DNA from: Blastocystis sp. Blastoise
Lineage: Eukaryota > Protista > Bigyra: Opalinata
Assembly (NCBI GenBank): GCA_039096225.1
Contig: JBBPEB010000015.1
Location: forward strand, 434,001 to 498,000
Length of the DNA stretch: 64,000 nucleotides
Direction of reading: 5' to 3'
In this document: one piece after another, positions 63,286-64,000 of the stretch
Layout of the letters: each line of letters opens with the position of its first letter
Position numbering within the stretch: position 1 is the stretch's first letter
Position numbers and translations under genes: made by a program
The notes under the pieces: generated by a model
What the model was told of the DNA's origin: nothing
Databases searched by the model: none
Seen by the model: the letters and a program-made list of their open reading frames with translations, nothing else

Positions 63286-64000
63286 TCCAAAGAAAGATTG
63301 AATAACTCTGTCAAGTTGTGATATATGTATTCCTTGCGTATAATGTTGTGTCAACAACGTCTGAAGATGTCGAATTAATTCTGAGTCACTCTCACATTCT
63401 ATATATATATATATATAAGTATATAGAATAATATATAACAAATAATAAATAATATATAAAAAATAATAAATATAATAATATATATATACTAGTCCATTTA
63501 ATACAGACATTTGTAGAGAATAATATATTTTTAGTTAAAGAGAAGTATTCTTCTGTATTAATAGCAGGATAACTAGAAAAGTAATATTCACTAGTTTGTA
63601 CTATAGAGATAAATACATGAAATATAGGTATATAAGCTATATATATTAAATATTTAAATTATTAAAAAAATAAAGTTACAATATAAAAATGTATATATAT
63701 ATATATACAATTTGTTTCAATAATAGTATTACGAGCATAAGTAACTAATAGGTGTTGTAATGAATGAATATGTTTCGAATAGAATTCGATGAATGCATTG
63801 GAATCATAACTTCGAATGGAGAGTTTTAACATAACATCAAATAAAGAAATAGAATAAGGATATACATAAGGCTTCACAATAGCTATATATATATAATTAA
63901 TTAATATATATACATGATATATTAATAAATACTATATTATATAGTATAAAAAGACTAGAATTTTAAAATAATAATTGAATATATACATTGAAAATAATTA
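63123..64000 (-). CDS. 3' end of a gene extending beyond the window; possible C-terminal OST-HTH/LOTUS-like domain
   Basis: Four exons join in frame, ending IRHLQTLLTQHYTQGIHISQLDRVIQSFFGI...FLSSYSNYFVLHQSILYLA, stop TAA. The domain call is only a pattern resemblance. Confidence 0.6.

Overview
Very AT-rich, intron-dense eukaryotic (protist-like) DNA read in the standard genetic code. The consensus intron is GTATAT...(A)TAG and is often filled with TA/TAT microsatellites, so most entries in the ORF track are exon+intron read-throughs or repeat artefacts. Manual splicing gives about 15 genes: Tctex-1 (partial), ATE1, a RanBP2-ZnF/RING protein, an unknown protein, an intronless FGE/SUMF1, MOB4, a small single-TM protein, a giant Ubl-Ubl-ZnF-TLDc protein, a SAPS/PPP6R-like protein, a PX+NPF protein, exportin-4, RPS13, glycogen phosphorylase, a multi-TM protein and a partial gene at the right edge. 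Three results stand out. (1) A 6,856-bp non-autonomous CACTA transposon (18836-25691; 12-bp perfect TIRs CACTAGTAGGCA, TAT target duplication, phased TTAGATA subterminal repeats) has no recognisable transposase and instead carries decayed, intron-containing, same-strand gene fragments, including a PA14/fibro-slime domain. This looks like a Pack-CACTA gene-capture element in a protist. (2) Two U12-type AT-AC introns (in XPO4 and glycogen phosphorylase) share an identical CTTAAT+8-nt 3' geometry. (3) The RPS13 intron is flanked by a 9-bp direct repeat that adds two residues. The features are compatible with a Blastocystis-like stramenopile, but that is inference and cannot be proved from this window. 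All homology calls come from recalled family motifs; no database search was run.
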